Positions 37,364 to 46,498 of a stretch of 64,000 nucleotides of DNA are shown here, in pieces. The position numbers were made by a program, and so were the translations under genes. The notes beneath the pieces were generated by a model. It had not been told where the DNA came from. It did not search any database and saw only the letters and a program-made list of their open reading frames with translations. The stretch is from Abditibacteriaceae bacterium (lineage in GTDB: Bacteria > Armatimonadota > Abditibacteriia > Abditibacteriales > Abditibacteriaceae), in contig OZ255721.1 in the NCBI GenBank assembly GCA_965277285.1, forward strand, positions 1,312,001-1,376,000, read 5' to 3'. Each line of letters starts with the position of its first letter. The stretch's first letter is position 1.

Positions 37364-39682
37364 ATGGCTTCTTCAAGTTCAAGATCGAAAACGTTGAGAC
37401 CTTTGGTTGGCCAGGTTGCGCCGATGCGTGTGTCAGCGAATCGCCTTGGTGCGATTCGTGCGGCGGCATTGGGCGGCGTGTTGGCGGTCGGCGGCTGGAT
37501 ACTGAATCCTTTGGAGGCGGCGCCGAATGTGCGCGCCAACGGATTTGCCAACACGACGAACGGCGCGTCGAACAACGAGACGATTGTGGCTTCCACGCCG
37601 TCATCGATTTTCGACAATTATCCGTCGTCCGCATCGTCCCCGCAAAGCGAGATGGCGGATGCGGCCAAAGCGACCATCGCTTCGACCCAAGATCAGCAAA
37701 TCGTTCACGTCTTGAATCGGCTGGCGTTCGGGCCGCGCCCTGGCGATGTCGAAGACGTGAAACGCATAGGAATTGCGCACTGGATTGACCAGCAACTGAC
37801 TCCAAGTTTGATTGACGATTCGGCGGTCGATCAAAAATTGGGCGGTTTCAAGACGTTGAATTACTCGCTGTCGCAGTTGACTTTGGCTTATGCCAGCGAC
37901 CAGATTTTGCAGCGCGTCAAGAACGAGGCGCGCAAGCAGCGCGAAGCCGAACTTAAAGGCGTCGCATATACGCCGCCGCCAAACTTGATGAACGCGCGCC
38001 AGCAACAACTGATGGACCAGGCGCAACAGCAAGGTTTCAGCGCGGGCATTTCAATGCAAATCGTTGGCGAAATGCAAAGCGCCAAAATTTTGCGCGCTTT
38101 GGAATCGAAACGCCAATTGCAAGAAGTGCTGACTGATTTCTGGGCGAACCATTTCAATCTCGACATCCGCAAGCAAGCGGTGCGCACCTTGCGCCTGGCC
38201 GATGAACGCGACGTGATTCGACCGCGCGTCTTCGGAACTTTCCGCGATTTGCTGGGCGCTTCGGCGCACAGTCCGGCGATGCTGATTTACCTGGATAACG
38301 CCAGCTCCAGCGTGGCTGTGCCGATCAACAATCCGAATAAGAAGCGTCCCGCGCAAACCAATAATCCAAATGACGACATGGCACGCCGCGAAGCCGCGTT
38401 GCAAGCACAAGAAGCAGCGCTGCAACGCCAGCAGCAATTGTTGCAGCAGCAGGAAGCGCAATTCCAAGCTCAGCAACGACGCGCGGCGGCTCGACCAGCG
38501 CGGCGCTCGCGAGTTATTATGCAGGGCGGACAGATTTACACTTTGCCTAACGGCGGTTTTGCTCCAGGCGTCACCATACGTTCTTATCCCGAAGTCGCAC
38601 CGCTTGATGCGTCTTCGTCCGCGAACACAACAGCAACGCCTTTAGCAACTCCCGTTGCAACGTCGATTGCTGCTGCAACGCCGAAAATGCGTGGTGGCGT
38701 CAACGAAAATTATGCGCGCGAAATTATGGAGTTGCACACGCTGGGCGTCGGTGGCGGTTACACGCAAAAAGATGTGCAGGAAGTCGCGCGCTGTTTCACA
38801 GGCTGGAGCGTTGACCGCGATACGGGCGAATTCCGCTTTTACCCGAATCGCCACGACGATGGGCAAAAAATTGTTCTCGGACACGTCATCCCCGCAGGTG
38901 GAGGCGAACAGGACGGCGAACGAGTACTCGATATCCTGGCTGCTCATCCTTCAACAGCGCATTTTATCGCGACGAAGATGTGCGAGCGTTTGGTGTCCGA
39001 TACGCCGCCGCCCGCTTTGATCAATCGCATCGCGCAGGTTTACCTAAGGACAAGCGGCGATTTGAAGCAAGTCACACGAGCGATTGTGACTTCGCCCGAA
39101 TTCATGGCGGCATCAGATTATCGCACCAAAATCAAGTCGCCGTTTGAATATGCGATTTCCGCGGCGCGCGCTCTCGATGCGACATATGTGATGCCGGTGG
39201 AAGAAAGTTCCGAAGATCAGATGACGATGATGGCCAACGGCGTGGCCAGCGTGCGCCCAAATTTGGCGCCGGTGGTTGATAGCGGAAAAGGTCGTTACGG
39301 CAAATATGCGGGAAAAACTCTGACGCGCCAAATCGACTTGATGGGCGAACCTTTGTATTCGTTTCAAGCGCCGACCGGCTATTCCGAATATTCACAGGAT
39401 TGGGTTTCGTCGGGCGCTCTCATTGCGCGCTTGAATTTTGCGCTCGATTTGACCAATGGCCGCATTCCCGACGTACAAATTTCGCGCGACAAACTGTTTC
39501 AGGGTTTGGCGCCCAATGACAAAGCGGCGTGGTTGGCACGCTTGGAAAAACTGACCTTGCAAGGCGACATCTCGACTTCGACACAACGCGCCGTGCAAGC
39601 GCAACTCAAGCCAAATACGCCGTTCGATGCGGCCACAATCGGCGCCTTGCTTTTGGGTTCGCCGGAATTCCAACGTCGCTGA
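37364..39682 (+). CDS. DUF1800 family protein
   Basis: HVLNRLAFGPRPG, FWANHFN, AMLIYLDN, NENYAREIMELHTLG, DVQEVARCFTGW, SPEFQRR. Contains a Q-rich insertion. Confidence 0.9.
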   Translation: MASSSSRSKTLRPLVGQVAPMRVSANRLGAIRAAALGGVLAVGGWILNPLEAAPNVRANGFANTTNGASNNETIVASTPSSIFDNYPSSASSPQSEMADAAKATIASTQDQQIVHVLNRLAFGPRPGDVEDVKRIGIAHWIDQQLTPSLIDDSAVDQKLGGFKTLNYSLSQLTLAYASDQILQRVKNEARKQREAELKGVAYTPPPNLMNARQQQLMDQAQQQGFSAGISMQIVGEMQSAKILRALESKRQLQEVLTDFWANHFNLDIRKQAVRTLRLADERDVIRPRVFGTFRDLLGASAHSPAMLIYLDNASSSVAVPINNPNKKRPAQTNNPNDDMARREAALQAQEAALQRQQQLLQQQEAQFQAQQRRAAARPARRSRVIMQGGQIYTLPNGGFAPGVTIRSYPEVAPLDASSSANTTATPLATPVATSIAAATPKMRGGVNENYAREIMELHTLGVGGGYTQKDVQEVARCFTGWSVDRDTGEFRFYPNRHDDGQKIVLGHVIPAGGGEQDGERVLDILAAHPSTAHFIATKMCERLVSDTPPPALINRIAQVYLRTSGDLKQVTRAIVTSPEFMAASDYRTKIKSPFEYAISAARALDATYVMPVEESSEDQMTMMANGVASVRPNLAPVVDSGKGRYGKYAGKTLTRQIDLMGEPLYSFQAPTGYSEYSQDWVSSGALIARLNFALDLTNGRIPDVQISRDKLFQGLAPNDKAAWLARLEKLTLQGDISTSTQRAVQAQLKPNTPFDAATIGALLLGSPEFQRR

Positions 39683-39690
39683 GTAAAGAT

Positions 39691-39718
39691 GTAGGGGCTT
39701 GGCACGCCAAGCCCCTAC
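39691..39718. repeat. GTAG-type REP-like palindrome
   Basis: GTAGGGGCTTGGC-AC-GCCAAGCCCCTAC, immediately followed by the 12-bp palindrome. Confidence 0.85.
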
Positions 39719-39776
39719 GGTGTATCGAGTACTCGATATTACGCCAGCCTGAAAATGCCTGGCCTGAGGTGAAAAA

Positions 39777-41108
39777 ATGGATGTTTCCCGTCGTTTATTT
39801 TTGAAAAGTGGAGCGCTCGCGCTGGTTTCAGTTGGCGTAGCGCCCGTCATTGGGCCATCGTTTTTGCGGCGCGCCGTTTTCGCCGATGAACCGCAGCGCA
39901 ATTCAAGCGGCAGCGGCGGGCGCAAAACGCTGATTTGCATTTTCCAGCGCGGCGCCGTGGACGGTCTTTCGATGGTGGTGCCGCACGGCGACCCGAATTA
40001 CTACAACTTGCGTAATGTCGGCGCAGGCGGCATCGCCATCCCGCAGACTGGCGAAGCGGGCGTCATTGATTTGGATGGGCGTTTCGGCTTGAATCCGAAC
40101 CTGAAAGCTCTCAAGCCGATTTATGATGCCGGTCATCTGGCGCCGATTCAAGCGGTCGGTTCGCCTTCGGCCTCGCGCTCTCACTTCGACGCGCAGGACT
40201 TCATGGAAACGGGTTCTCCCGACCGCACGTTACCCGATGGCTGGGCGGCGCGCGCCCTGGAACATTGCCCCGAAGATGCGGCGCGCATCTCGACCTTTCG
40301 CGCTGTCGCTATGACTGGCGAATTGCCGAAAACGTTTCGCGGCGAAAAAGACGCGCTGGCGATTCCCGATTTGCGCTCCTTTGGCGTTCATGGCGGCGCG
40401 GCGGATTTGGCGGCCAGTCTCGACATGGGCGGGCATCCTAAAGGCAGCGATGCGGCGGGCGGTTTCGAGTCGCTTTATGACAGCGCGGTTGGCGATGTTT
40501 TGGGCGGCACGGGACGCGAATCGTTCGAGGCGATCAAGATTTTGAAGGGCATTTCGTCCAAAGCGTATGTTCCCGAAAATGGCGCTCTCTATCCGCGCAC
40601 AGGTTTCGGCAAATCGTTGCAGCAAATCGCACAACTGATTAAAGCCAATGTCGGCGTCGAAGTCGCGTTCGCCGAATCGGGCGGTTGGGACACGCACATC
40701 AATCAGGGCGGCGCGCAAGGTCAGTTGGGCAATCGCTTGAAAGAGTTTGGCGACGGCCTGGCGGCGCTTTACACCGATTTAGGCGACCGCATGAGCGATG
40801 TCGTGATCTTGACAATGAGCGAATTTGGTCGCACCGCGCGCCAGAACGGAAACGGCGGTACAGATCACGGACACGGAACTTGCTTCTTCGCACTGGGCGG
40901 CAATGTTCAAGGCGGCAAAGTTTTGGGCGATTGGCCTGGCCTGGCGCCGGAACAATTGAACGAAAACCGCGATTTGGCGGTGACAACCGACTTCCGCGAC
41001 GTTTTTGGTGAAGTCGCGCAACGTCATCTGGGCGTCAACGATTTGAACGCCGTTTTTCCGTTCCGCACGCAATCAGGCCCATTCCGCAACGTGCTGCGCT
41101 CAACTTAA
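39777..41108 (+). CDS. DUF1501 family protein with Tat signal
   Basis: SRRLFLK, FQRGAVDGLS..VP, RSHFDAQ, GGWDTH, SEFGRT, GTDHGHG. Confidence 0.92.
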   Translation: MDVSRRLFLKSGALALVSVGVAPVIGPSFLRRAVFADEPQRNSSGSGGRKTLICIFQRGAVDGLSMVVPHGDPNYYNLRNVGAGGIAIPQTGEAGVIDLDGRFGLNPNLKALKPIYDAGHLAPIQAVGSPSASRSHFDAQDFMETGSPDRTLPDGWAARALEHCPEDAARISTFRAVAMTGELPKTFRGEKDALAIPDLRSFGVHGGAADLAASLDMGGHPKGSDAAGGFESLYDSAVGDVLGGTGRESFEAIKILKGISSKAYVPENGALYPRTGFGKSLQQIAQLIKANVGVEVAFAESGGWDTHINQGGAQGQLGNRLKEFGDGLAALYTDLGDRMSDVVILTMSEFGRTARQNGNGGTDHGHGTCFFALGGNVQGGKVLGDWPGLAPEQLNENRDLAVTTDFRDVFGEVAQRHLGVNDLNAVFPFRTQSGPFRNVLRST

Positions 41109-41154
41109 ATTATTGAAAGCCTTGAGATTCAAGTTCACCTGAAAGTGAGAGTTA

Positions 41155-41218
41155 GTCATTCTGAGCAAAGCGAAGAATCTAAACCCTAAGTCAGATTCTT
41201 CGCTCCACTCAGAATGAC
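41155..41218. repeat. Family-A REP-like palindrome
   Basis: GTCATTCTGAGCAAAGCGAAGAATCT ... AGATTCTTCGCTCCACTCAGAATGAC. Confidence 0.85.
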
Positions 41219-41406
41219 AGACTTCCACTTGCTGGACTTTTGAAGAGTCCGTGACGAGACATTTCCCACCAAACTGGAGCGTAAGCGAACTGCTTGCGCT
41301 CCAGTTTTTGCGCGTCTGAGATAAAATGAAAAGGCATCCGTTAAACTTCGAGTTATCCCATATCGAGTACTCGATTCGTCCAAAATCCGGTTTACCTTTT
41401 CTTCTT

Positions 41407-43398
41407 ATGAACTTCGATCTTTCCCGCGAATGGCTTTGCACTAACGGCATCGGCGGTTTTGCGTCTTCGACTGTTATTGGTTGCAATACGCGCCGCTATC
41501 ACGCCTTGCTGTGCGCCGCGACGCGTCCGCCACTGGGTCGCATGGTGTTGGTCAACAAAGCTGATGAAACGCTGACGCTGGGCGACCGCTCTTTTGAACT
41601 GGGCTGCAATCAATATCCGGGCGCCATAAATCCTGTCGGTTATCAGTTTTTGCAGGATTTTGCGCCGTCTCCGCTGCCGACCTGGACTTACAAAGTTCCC
41701 GGCGCCACTTTGCGCAAAACCGTGTGGATGCCGCACGGACAAAACACAACCGTCGTGCGCTACGAACTGATTGAAGGCGACGCGGCCACATTATTGGCGC
41801 GACCATTCGTCACGGGACGCGATTATCACGGCACGCATCACTACAACACGGGTTTCAACACCCACTGCGATTCAACTGAGGAAAACGGTGCCTGTATCGT
41901 GTCGCTGCAACCTTACGAAACCTGCCCGCAAATCGTCTGGAGCCATGACGGAACCTGCCCGCAAATCGTCTGGAGCCATGACGGAACGTGGCGCGAAGGC
42001 GGCGCCTGGTACTACAACTTCGAGTACTCGATTGAAAAGGAACGCGGCCTCGATTTCCACGAAGACGCTTACTGTCCGGGCGCCTGGGTTTGGAACCTGA
42101 CGCGCGAAAAACCTGTTGCGACCTGGGTCATCGGATTGGAAAAACACGATCCCACAGAAATGCTGGCGACCTACGAAACCGAAATTGCGCGCCAGAACAC
42201 TTTGCTGGAAACCGCGCAAGTTTCGAGTACGGGAAACCCGCCCGACGATTTCAAATCGCGCTTAATCATCGCCGCTGATCAATTTATCGTGCAACGCGAA
42301 GACGGCTTGCACACGATTTTGGCGGGTTATCCGTGGTTTTCCGATTGGGGACGCGATACGATGATCGCGCTGCCGGGCTTGTGTCTTTCCACCAAACGCT
42401 TCGACATCGCGCGCAGCATTCTTTTGGCGTTTGCCAAAGCGAGCACGCAAGGCATGATTCCCAATCGTTTTCCCGATGCGGGAGAAACGCCCGACACCAA
42501 CACAGTCGATGCAACGTTGTGGTTTTTCCACGCAATTGAGCGCTATGTCCACGCCAGCGGCGATTGGGACACCTTGAAAAATGATCTTTATCCGGTTTTG
42601 AAAGATTCGATTGCGTGGCACATCAAGGGCACGCGCTTCAATATCAAGGCCGATGAGCGCGATGGTTTGCTGCACGCGGGCGATTCGAGTACTCAATTGA
42701 CGTGGATGGATGCCAAAGTCGGCGACACGGTTTTCACGCCTCGTGATGGCAAGCCCGTCGAGATTCAAGCCTTGTGGTACAACGCGCTGCGCCACATGAT
42801 GGCCTTCGCCGAAGTGCTGGGCGATGAACCGACGAAAAAGCTGTGTGGAGATTGGAGTCGTCGCGCCAAGGCGAACTTTGCCACCACGTTCTGGAACGAA
42901 GACGCTGGCTGTCTATACGACTACGTTTCTTCCGATGGTTCTTACAAAAACGCCGATATGCGCCCGAACCAGATTTTTGCCGTCAGCCTGCCAAATCGCT
43001 TGCTGACTTTGGATCAGGAAAAGCGCGTCGTTCAAGCCGTGCAACGCGATTTACTGACGCCAGTCGGCCTGCGTTCTCTGAGCGCCAGCGACCCGAAATA
43101 TCGCGGCATTTACATCGGCGACCAATGGCAACGCGACAGCAGTTATCATCAGGGAACAGTTTGGGCGTGGCTCATCGGCGGCTTTCTGAGCGCGTATTTG
43201 CGCGTCAATCGTCGCAGTCAGGCGTCCAAAGCGCGCGTCCGCGAATGGCTCGAACCGCTGCACCAGCATTTGGATGCCGCGTGCCTGAACCAGATCAGCG
43301 AAATCTTCGACGGCAACGAGCCACATACACCGCGTGGCTGCTGCGCCCAAGCGTGGAGCGTCGCCGAACCTTTACGCATTTTGCTGGACGAATTGTAA
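41407..43398 (+). CDS. Glycogen debranching enzyme (amylo-alpha-1,6-glucosidase family)
   Basis: EWLCTNGIGGFAS, TRRYH, AGYPWFSDWGRDTMI, LTWMDAK, YHQGTVW, QAWSVAE. Confidence 0.93.
   Translation: MNFDLSREWLCTNGIGGFASSTVIGCNTRRYHALLCAATRPPLGRMVLVNKADETLTLGDRSFELGCNQYPGAINPVGYQFLQDFAPSPLPTWTYKVPGATLRKTVWMPHGQNTTVVRYELIEGDAATLLARPFVTGRDYHGTHHYNTGFNTHCDSTEENGACIVSLQPYETCPQIVWSHDGTCPQIVWSHDGTWREGGAWYYNFEYSIEKERGLDFHEDAYCPGAWVWNLTREKPVATWVIGLEKHDPTEMLATYETEIARQNTLLETAQVSSTGNPPDDFKSRLIIAADQFIVQREDGLHTILAGYPWFSDWGRDTMIALPGLCLSTKRFDIARSILLAFAKASTQGMIPNRFPDAGETPDTNTVDATLWFFHAIERYVHASGDWDTLKNDLYPVLKDSIAWHIKGTRFNIKADERDGLLHAGDSSTQLTWMDAKVGDTVFTPRDGKPVEIQALWYNALRHMMAFAEVLGDEPTKKLCGDWSRRAKANFATTFWNEDAGCLYDYVSSDGSYKNADMRPNQIFAVSLPNRLLTLDQEKRVVQAVQRDLLTPVGLRSLSASDPKYRGIYIGDQWQRDSSYHQGTVWAWLIGGFLSAYLRVNRRSQASKARVREWLEPLHQHLDAACLNQISEIFDGNEPHTPRGCCAQAWSVAEPLRILLDEL
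41919..41987 (+). repeat. Exact in-frame 33-bp tandem duplication
   Basis: AACCTGCCCGCAAATCGTCTGGAGCCATGACGG occurs twice (TCPQIVWSHDG x2). Confidence 0.95.
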
Positions 43399-43473
43399 TT
43401 TCAATGCACCGTGAAGCGGAAAAGAAGAATCGAGTACTCGAGTTTCGCCATAGACAAGTCAAAGGAAATGCTG

Positions 43474-43845
43474 ATGCGGCCTTTTGCGAGAACAGAAAAA
43501 ATTACTGCTCGGCCACTTGTTTATGAACTTGTGATAGAGCAGCAAGCTCTCGAGGCAATTTGTCCAGAATTGCAAGCTATCATTGATGCCGAAGTGAAAG
43601 CGGGCAACGAAGTCATTGGTGCTGCCTTCACGAACTGGCCTTTTCAAAATTGCTTGCTTATCACATTGAAACGCATATTTTCAATCAGGAACCACCAAAC
43701 TTCCGCAAGTCTGCGCTTCGAGGTTTTCGACTACCACGGAACACCGGAAAGTTATCATTGCCAAGCGCACAATCAAGTCATACTTGCTGCTATGCCTACA
43801 CTGCGAGAATTCAAGTCAGGCCTTTTACGTTCATCTTCTGGTTAG
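43474..43845 (+). CDS. Hypothetical protein
   Basis: ORF with an AAGGA RBS, between the debranching enzyme and recX. Confidence 0.5.
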   Translation: MRPFARTEKITARPLVYELVIEQQALEAICPELQAIIDAEVKAGNEVIGAAFTNWPFQNCLLITLKRIFSIRNHQTSASLRFEVFDYHGTPESYHCQAHNQVILAAMPTLREFKSGLLRSSSG

Positions 43846-43881
43846 AGTGGCGTTTCTTCACACTTTCATCGCGCTTTTCCC

Positions 43882-44550
43882 ATGTCAAAACAACCGCACG
43901 CTGGAACTATTACCGCCGTTGTCGCGCAGGAACGTGTGCGCAAGCATCTGGGAACGCGCATCAACATTTTTGTCGATGACACTTTTTCCTTCGCGCTCGA
44001 CCGCGATTTGGTCATTCAATACGGGTTGCGGCGCGGTCTGGTTTTGTCGCCGACCAATCTCGAAAAACTGCTGCAACACGATGGTGAGGCGCGCGCTTAT
44101 GCTCGCGCTTTGCATTTTCTGTCGTATCGTTCGCGTTCCTCAAAAGAAATACGCGAACGCTTGGCGCGCGACGAATGGCCGGAAACCGTTATCAATCGAG
44201 TACTCGAACGCCTGGCGCGCGATGGTTTAGTCAACGATCAGGATTTCGCCAACTTGTGGGTCGAAAATCGTTCGCATTCCAAACCGCGCGGTTCGCGTTT
44301 GTTACGCCAAGAATTGCGCGCTAAAGGTGTCGAATCCGAAACTATCGCGCAGTCTTTACCAGACGATGAACAGGAACGCGCCAACGCCGTCGAAGCTCTG
44401 CGTCCGCAACAGCGCAAATGGCAGGAGTTGGAAGAACGTGCGCAACGTGATAAAGCGATTGCTTTTCTGCAACGGCGAGGCTTTGGTTTCTCAGTCGCAC
44501 TCGCCGCGTTGCGAATGTTGAAGGAAGAGGAAGAAGGGCAGGAATTATAG
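43882..44550 (+). CDS. recX: Recombination regulator RecX
   Basis: ALHFLSYRSRS..E, VNDQDFA, G.R.LRQELRAKGV, FLQRRGF. Confidence 0.93.
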   Translation: MSKQPHAGTITAVVAQERVRKHLGTRINIFVDDTFSFALDRDLVIQYGLRRGLVLSPTNLEKLLQHDGEARAYARALHFLSYRSRSSKEIRERLARDEWPETVINRVLERLARDGLVNDQDFANLWVENRSHSKPRGSRLLRQELRAKGVESETIAQSLPDDEQERANAVEALRPQQRKWQELEERAQRDKAIAFLQRRGFGFSVALAALRMLKEEEEGQEL

Positions 44551-44792
44551 AAACGAGGCAGCGCCTATGCCACGAAAGTCTGCGAAGGTTCCAGATTTGT
44601 GTTAGTGTTGAAAGAACTTGACACCCTCAAAGTTCCACTTGCTAACCTACTCCTTCGAGTTCGTTTCGATACGGAGGCTATTCTGTCGCAGTACGGAATA
44701 ATCTAAAAATTTTGGGCGTGGTTCATAGGGTGAGTTTGTGACTAAGAAACTCATTTCATTGTGCTACCACCAAAATTTGTTATGAGGCCTTC

Positions 44793-45977
44793 ATGTCGAA
44801 TGTAATCTCTCCTGAACATATTGCTGTATCATCTCAGTCCCAGCCACGCATTCGCCTGAATTTCTTAGATGGGTTGCGTGGCCTCTCCGCGCTTTATGTC
44901 GTGATGTTCCATGCCTATGAAACATCAGGGGAATCGCGTTATGGCGGCGTCCATACCAACCTGTCCGCTGGCTTGGTGTCCTCGCTTCAATGGTTGTTCA
45001 GTGGCCATATCGCTGTTGTGGTATTCATAGCGCTTTCCGGTTATTGCTTGATGATGCCTGTAGCCATCAACAACGTCTTGCCAGGTGGGTTTTCTGGCTA
45101 TATTATGAGGCGCGCCCGGCGCATTCTGCCGCCGTATTTCGCCGCCCTGGGAATCAGCCTGCTTTTGATCGCCATAGTTCCTGGGTTGGGACAACAGCGC
45201 GAAGTCTACTGGGATCAAACCCTTCCGGCTTTTTCGTCAGGGTCCTTACTTTCTCACCTTTTTCTATTTCAAAATGTGACACCTTGGTCGGCTCGCATCA
45301 ATTATCCGCTTTGGACAGTTGCCACAGAATGGCAGATTTATTTTCTCCTTCCCCTGTTGTTCCTTCCCGTTTTGAAAAGATGGGGACTTCTCGCCATGTT
45401 ACTTGTGGCAGTTTTTCTGAGTCTGGGGCCACATTACATTTTTCACGGTCGTTTCGACCACGCCGCGCCAGAGTTCATTGGCGTGTTCGCTTTGGGCGCC
45501 GCCGGAGCCTTAATCAACTTTTCGCCGCAACACTCATCCCTGCTTCACAAACTACCCTGGAGGGCAATCGCGGCTGTCTCTATGACACTGCTCATTCTGA
45601 CCATGTGCTTCAAAGCTTCGTTGCTGACGAACCGCCAGTATTTAGTGGATCTTCTCGTCGGAGCCATTATCACCTCGCTTTTGATCTACTGCACTGCCTG
45701 CGCAACAAACCACGCCAAACCACAAAGCAGCCGCCTCTTAAAAGTTTTAGAAGCGCCACTCCTCACCTTCCTGGGCACTTTCTCTTACAGCCTTTACTTG
45801 ATGCACGCTCCTATTCTGGCCATCGCCCATCTTGGCATCCATCAAATGAAAACAACACCCGTTGAGACATTGATATTGTTGTTGTCCTTTGGCGTTGCGG
45901 CTTCTCTCATCGGCTCCTATCTTTTCTACCTCGCTTGCGAACGCCCTTTCCTGACCCAACCCCGAGTTAAACGATAA
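44793..45977 (+). CDS. Acyltransferase family 3 (OafA-like) membrane protein
   Basis: LDGLRGL...VVMFH, FIALSGY, RRARRILPPY, LWTVATEWQIY, FSYSLYLMH, ERPF. Confidence 0.92.
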   Translation: MSNVISPEHIAVSSQSQPRIRLNFLDGLRGLSALYVVMFHAYETSGESRYGGVHTNLSAGLVSSLQWLFSGHIAVVVFIALSGYCLMMPVAINNVLPGGFSGYIMRRARRILPPYFAALGISLLLIAIVPGLGQQREVYWDQTLPAFSSGSLLSHLFLFQNVTPWSARINYPLWTVATEWQIYFLLPLLFLPVLKRWGLLAMLLVAVFLSLGPHYIFHGRFDHAAPEFIGVFALGAAGALINFSPQHSSLLHKLPWRAIAAVSMTLLILTMCFKASLLTNRQYLVDLLVGAIITSLLIYCTACATNHAKPQSSRLLKVLEAPLLTFLGTFSYSLYLMHAPILAIAHLGIHQMKTTPVETLILLLSFGVAASLIGSYLFYLACERPFLTQPRVKR

Positions 45978-46017
45978 ATAAACACCGCTAAATTCCTGCA
46001 CAGCCTTTTTATATTAA

Positions 46018-46043
46018 AATACATGAACAGTTGTTCAATTATT
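46018..46043. promoter_or_regulatory. SmtB/ArsR-type 12-2-12 operator
   Basis: AATACATGAACA-GT-TGTTCAATTATT with a TGAACA-n2-TGTTCA core, directly upstream of the ArsR/SmtB gene. Confidence 0.8.
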
Positions 46044-46065
46044 CACTTCCATAAAAGGAACGCTC

Positions 46066-46491
46066 ATGTCAACGTCAATTGCAACTTCAAAAAAGTCTGT
46101 TCTTTCCTCTACTCTCGAAGTGGCCGCGTCTGAGGAAATTTCTTTATTTGCGGATGCAGAAGCGGCACGGCGTGCGCAAAAAAGTCTTGAAACAAACCTG
46201 CCGCCGTCTCGGTTGGAAAATCTGTCGTTGATGTTTGCGGCGTTTGGCGACCCAACGCGCTTGAAATTGTTGTTCTTATTATGCGAAACCGAACTTTCTG
46301 TCGGTGATCTGGCGACGATTTCCGGCGTTTCGCAATCGGCGGTTTCACATCAGTTGAGCGGTCTGCGCGCCTTGCGTTTGGTGAAAGCACGACGCGCCGG
46401 GCGCCACACGTTTTACAGCGCCGACGACGAGCACATCGTCGATTTGCTGCGCATCGGAACCGAACACGTCCGCGAAAATCGCGCCGATTAA
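46066..46491 (+). CDS. ArsR/SmtB family metalloregulator (alpha5 Zn/Co site)
   Basis: GDPTRLKLL, ELSVGDL, SQSAVSHQL, and DEH..........H..E alpha5 ligands. Confidence 0.92.
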   Translation: MSTSIATSKKSVLSSTLEVAASEEISLFADAEAARRAQKSLETNLPPSRLENLSLMFAAFGDPTRLKLLFLLCETELSVGDLATISGVSQSAVSHQLSGLRALRLVKARRAGRHTFYSADDEHIVDLLRIGTEHVRENRAD

Positions 46492-46498
46492 CAACGCC

